DNA from: Felis catus
Taxonomy: Eukaryota
Assembly (NCBI RefSeq): GCF_018350175.1
Contig: NC_058368.1
Coordinates: forward strand, 70,124,001-70,188,000
DNA length: 64,000 nucleotides
Direction: 5' to 3'
Shown here one piece after another: positions 59,971-64,000 of this stretch. Under the pieces are notes generated by a model. That model ran no database searches. It saw only the letters and a list, made by a program, of their open reading frames with translations, and was not told the DNA's origin. The translations under genes and the position numbers were made by a program. Within the stretch, counting starts at the first letter, position 1, and each line of letters opens with the position of its first letter.

Positions 59971-61183
59971 ATCACACAAAGTGAATTCTCTTATAACTGG
60001 GGTTAGTTTTTCTTTTTTTTAATGCTGAAAAATGTATATATTCTATGCACAACTTACAATCCCTTGAGCATGAAAGCCCATCCTAAAACTGCATTAAATG
60101 AATGTATAAAGTAGACACACATAGGGCATCTGGAATTTGGGGACTGCTTTTGTCTACATATCAGTGTAGGAATGAGGCTCAAACTCTTACTCTTAGGCAA
60201 AGGAAAGGTTTTTCTTCCCACTGCCCATACAATCCTGCTGACTTGACAACTCCCAGAAGCAAGGGGAGTATCACAAACCAGCAATCATCCCAGGCCAACA
60301 GACTTGGTGTCTTCACCTCTGTATCTCTGCAGTCCGGTCCTCCCTTCTCTATTTTCTGTACTGACCCATTAAAGGGATTAACGGGCAATATTGGCATGTG
60401 TGGGTCTGTTGGTGGTGAGTCTAATCTTCTAAATGCATTTTGTAAAAGGAAATAGCCCCTAAAAGCTTTGGAGTCACTTAAAGAAATGTGTCTGTGATTG
60501 AAAGAAATTTGAGATGTTTTTGCTTACACAAAATCACTGAATTTATGTCTAGGAGAAATTTCAATAAGCATTTATCAAGTGCTTATGGTATGACACACAC
60601 TAGACTAGGCACCACAGACAGAATACTAATGTGACATGACTCCTGTGCTCAAGCAGACAGATGATGACAAACACATGCATACCGTGTGTGCAAACCTCCA
60701 CGGGGAGGCGAGTGTCTAGAGTGTGGAGAAGGAAGGCTAAGAGACGAGTCTTCTCAGTGACAGACATCACCCTGACATGCATTTTCATTTACTCCCCACC
60801 ATAGCTATAGGACGCAGGGCTGCTAGGGCTCCCCTTTAAAAAGAAGAGAAGACTCAAGCAGAGAAGCCACACAACCTGGTCCAGCTTCCCAACATGGACA
60901 TAAGTTACAGACTGGACTTGAAAGAGGACAGAGGTCCTTTGGAGAGACAAAAGCAGATGGGGATATGGTTTAGGCAGAGGGCAAAGCATGGTGGAGTGCA
61001 AGTACACAATGGCTTCAGAGAAAGGCAATAGCCCCACCTGGCTTCAGTGCAATGTAACCGGAGGGAAATGGAGAGAAGAATGTCAAACTTGGGCACAAAG
61101 AACATAAAGGTACAAATAAACATATATGCGTAAGTCTCATGCACAAACCCTAATAATATTATTGCCTAAACTACCCAATGTGG

Positions 61184-61392
61184 AGGCACCGAAGAGGCTC
61201 AGTCAGTTAAGCATCTGACTTTGGCTCAGGTCATGATCTCACAGCTTGTGAGTTCAAGCTCCGCGTCAGTGCTGAGCCTGCTTCAGATCCTCTGCTATGC
61301 CCCCTCTCTCTCTCTCTCTGCCCCCTGCCCGCTCATGCTTTCTCTCTCTCTCTCCCTCAAAAAAATAAAAAAATTAAAAAAATAAGCATTAC

Positions 61393-61423
<31 letters not shown>

Positions 61424-61437
61424 CAAACAAAAACAAA
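61184..61437 (+). mobile_element. SINEC with an (AAAAC)n tail
   Basis: TSD ctacccaatgtgg. Confidence 0.92.
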
Positions 61438-61592
61438 AACCTACCCAATGTGGTAGCCTTAAAAAAGTTTACATTTAGATAGCCCTTCCTGCCCACGGTC
61501 TTGTCTTTGTGCTTTAATAAAAACACCTTTTGCACCAGACCCCCCCCCCCAAAAAAAATAATAATGAAGTACATTTAAAAGAAGATATTCTT

Positions 61593-61798
61593 GGGGCACT
61601 TGGGTGGCTCAGTCAGTTGAGCGTCTGACTTCAGCTCAGGTCATGATCTTGCAGTTCGTGGGTTGAAGCCCCACAGTGGGCTCTGTGCTGACAGCTCAGA
61701 GCCTGCTTTGGATCCTCTGTCCCCCTCTCTATGCCCCTCCCCAGCTCACACTCTCTCTCTCAAAAATAAACATTAACAATTTTTAAGAGAAGGAAAGA
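61593..61798 (+). mobile_element. SINEC_Fc-type SINE
   Basis: TSD aagaa.atattctt. Confidence 0.93.
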
Positions 61799-61810
61799 AA
61801 GAAAATATTC

Positions 61811-62617
61811 TTGAAAAGATGCGCAACATCACTCATCATCAGGGAAATACAAATCAAAACCATGATGAGGTACCACCTCACACCTGTCAGAATGGCTAAA
61901 ATTAACAACACAAGGAACAACAGGTGTTGGCGAGCATGGGGAGAAAGGGAACCCTCTTGCACCGCTGATGGGAATGCAAACTGGTGCAGTCACTCTGGAA
62001 AACAGTATGGAAGTTCCTCAAAAAGTTAAAAATACGATCCAGCAATCACACTACTAGGTATTTACCCAAAGGTACAGAAATACAGATTCGAAGGGGTACA
62101 TGCACCCCAATGGTTACAGCAGCATTATCAACAATAGCCAAACAACGGAAAGAACCCAGTATCCATCAACTGATGCACGGATAAAGAAGATGTGGCAATA
62201 TACCCAGTGGAATATTATTCACCCATCTAAAAGAATGAAATCCTGCCATTTGCAGTGACATAGAGTTAGAGAGTATTATGCTAGGTGAAATAAGTCAGTC
62301 AGAGAAAGACAAATACCATATGATTTGTGGAACTTAAGAAACAGACAAACATATGGGAAGGGAGAAAAGAGAAAAAAGAGGCAAACAAACTGTAAGAGAC
62401 TCTTAAGTATAGAGAACAAACTGAGGGTTGCTGGAGCGGAGGTAGGTGGGGGATGGGCTGGACCGGTGATGGGTACTAAGGAGGGCACTTGTTATGATGA
62501 GCACTGGGTGTTGTATGTAAGTGAGGAATCACTGAATTCTATTCCTGAAACCAATATTGTACTGTATCCTAACTAACTAGAATTTAAATAAAAATTTGAA
62601 AAGAAAAGGAAAGAAAA
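61811..62617 (+). mobile_element. 5'-truncated carnivore L1: frameshifted ORF2 C-terminus plus 3'UTR
   Basis: [55 protein letters not shown]-rich UTR and A tail. Confidence 0.95.
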
Positions 62618-63819
62618 TGATCTGTTTTTATGCTTTGCCTTCATGCTTTCCGATTGCCTGCAGAAGTTAGAAAAGTCACCACCCTAAGCAAATCAAATAA
62701 GGATAAAATACCAAGTGTTTCTTCTTAGGTAAATGTTTCTGGAAGCATACGTGTCAGCAATACCATCTATCTGACAGAACTATTTTCTACTAAGTCTTGG
62801 AAAACACCCCTGGTACTTATTGCAAAGGAGAGGGAGGGGTGGCCTATGAGATAGATGTGCTGGCTGTTTTCTAAAGACTGGGGGCAGCTCGAGAAAATTT
62901 TTCCCATCCATTATTAAATGACATTTTGAGACAATCATGGGAGCAGAAACAATAGTTTTGCACCTGGCTGGTGCCCAGGTCAGTGACATGAGATTATTCT
63001 CTGTAAGAAAACGAACAAACAAACAAATTAATTAATTAAAGGGAAAAGGAAAAGAACAATGCCAAGGTTAAAAAGAAAAAAAAAAAAAAGGAAACCTCCA
63101 CTTCCCTAACTCCACTGTGAAAAGCAAAGGGAGCAGACACGGGCATTTCTTTGGATTTTGCTGAGAAGGAAGGACAAAGGCTCCCCTTTGCATCTTCTGA
63201 GGCTGACAGCATCACATCCCTATTGGTGGGTTTCTCTGGCTGGCCCTCTGGAACACGCTCCTCCCACAAGGTCCTTCCTACTGAGCACACCCATGAAGGC
63301 CCAGTATGCCGGGGAGGCTACCGCTGTGCTCTGAAGCGGTGAAGGCTTGTGCTTCTCCTAGCCATCGGCTCTCCACTCAGATCACTTTTTCATTAAAGAC
63401 CCTGTAGAGCCTACCCTTCACCTCCGCTGAGGAACAGAACAGTGAGCTGGGGCTGCCACCAAAGACCCACCCCAGCCAGAGCAGTCTCTAGCTAGCCTGC
63501 CTGGCACACAACTTCCAAGACAGGGCTTCCAACCGCCGCCACATGTAGAAAACCTCATTGTTTGTTTGTCAGAATATGAAAGTAAATGTTGGTTAAAAAA
63601 AAAAAAAGTCCACATAAAATCATGGAAAGCTATCAAGTATAAGTTAAAAGTCATCCATACACCAAGCCCTCAGAGACAACCATGGCCACCATTTTGGTAT
63701 ACACCTGACATGGCTATTTGATGGCTATCTTTCTACATGGCTAGCTGTTTGCCTATCCATTTCTTCATTTACACACAAAAAGCGTATAAAATGTTTTCTT
63801 CTCAAAAATGAGGTCATAC

Positions 63820-64000
63820 GGGGCGCCTGGGTGGCGCAGTCGGTTAAGCGTCCGACTTCAGCCAGGTCACAATCTCGCGGTCCGGGAGTTCGAGCCCCGC
63901 GTCAGGCTCTGGGCTGATAGCTCAGAGCCTGGAGCCTGTTTCCGATTCTGTGTCTCCCTCTCTCTCTGCCCCTCCCCCGTTCATGCTCTGTCTCTCTCTG
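63820..64000 (+). mobile_element. Young CpG-rich SINEC_Fc, cut by the window end
   Basis: Near-identical to the copies at 31740, 46352 and 52485. Confidence 0.95.

Larger units (their letters stand above)
1..64000 (-). other. DOCK9: Interior of the DOCK9 transcription unit (dedicator of cytokinesis 9 / zizimin-1); gene continues past both window ends
   Basis: Phase-consistent GT-AG exon chain from 56512 to 4730 translating to recognisable DOCK9 sequence. I did not find the preceding (...LLADFRK) or following (NQLLADHGH...) exon in the window. Confidence 0.96.

Noticed and set aside
1..64000. CRISPR array, operon, defence system or intact autonomous mobile element
   Set aside because: Eukaryotic intron-exon DNA; repeated 12-20-mers are TSD pairs, and all L1 and LTR pieces are truncated or solo.

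Overview
Mammalian genomic DNA from a felid, judged by the abundant SINEC_Fc-type carnivore SINEs. The whole window is the interior of DOCK9 (zizimin-1, DOCK-D family Cdc42 GEF), transcribed on the minus strand. I traced 23 exons between 56512 and 4730 by hand; all have GT-AG boundaries and join in one reading frame when exactly one phase-2-to-1 alternative exon is inserted. They encode the DHR-1 (C2) domain and the central region ahead of DHR-2. The start, PH domain, DHR-2 and stop lie outside the window. Introns hold about 36 SINEs (about 3:1 antisense to the gene), L1 3' fragments, MaLR LTRs, old DNA transposons and microsatellites. No prokaryote-type system is present. The most interesting signal is hidden splicing architecture. 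(1) A SINE-free hub at about 8.3-14.8 kb carries frame-locked, mutually exclusive exons of 137/68, 44, a candidate 20 and a candidate 59 nt, plus a candidate alternative last exon giving a GEF-less protein with a hydrophobic tail. (2) Two in-frame cassette exon candidates occur, of 15 nt and 42 nt. (3) A SINE target-site duplication copied a DOCK9 splice donor. (4) An L1 carries an apparent 3' transduction. Gene and repeat family names come from recall, not from a database search.
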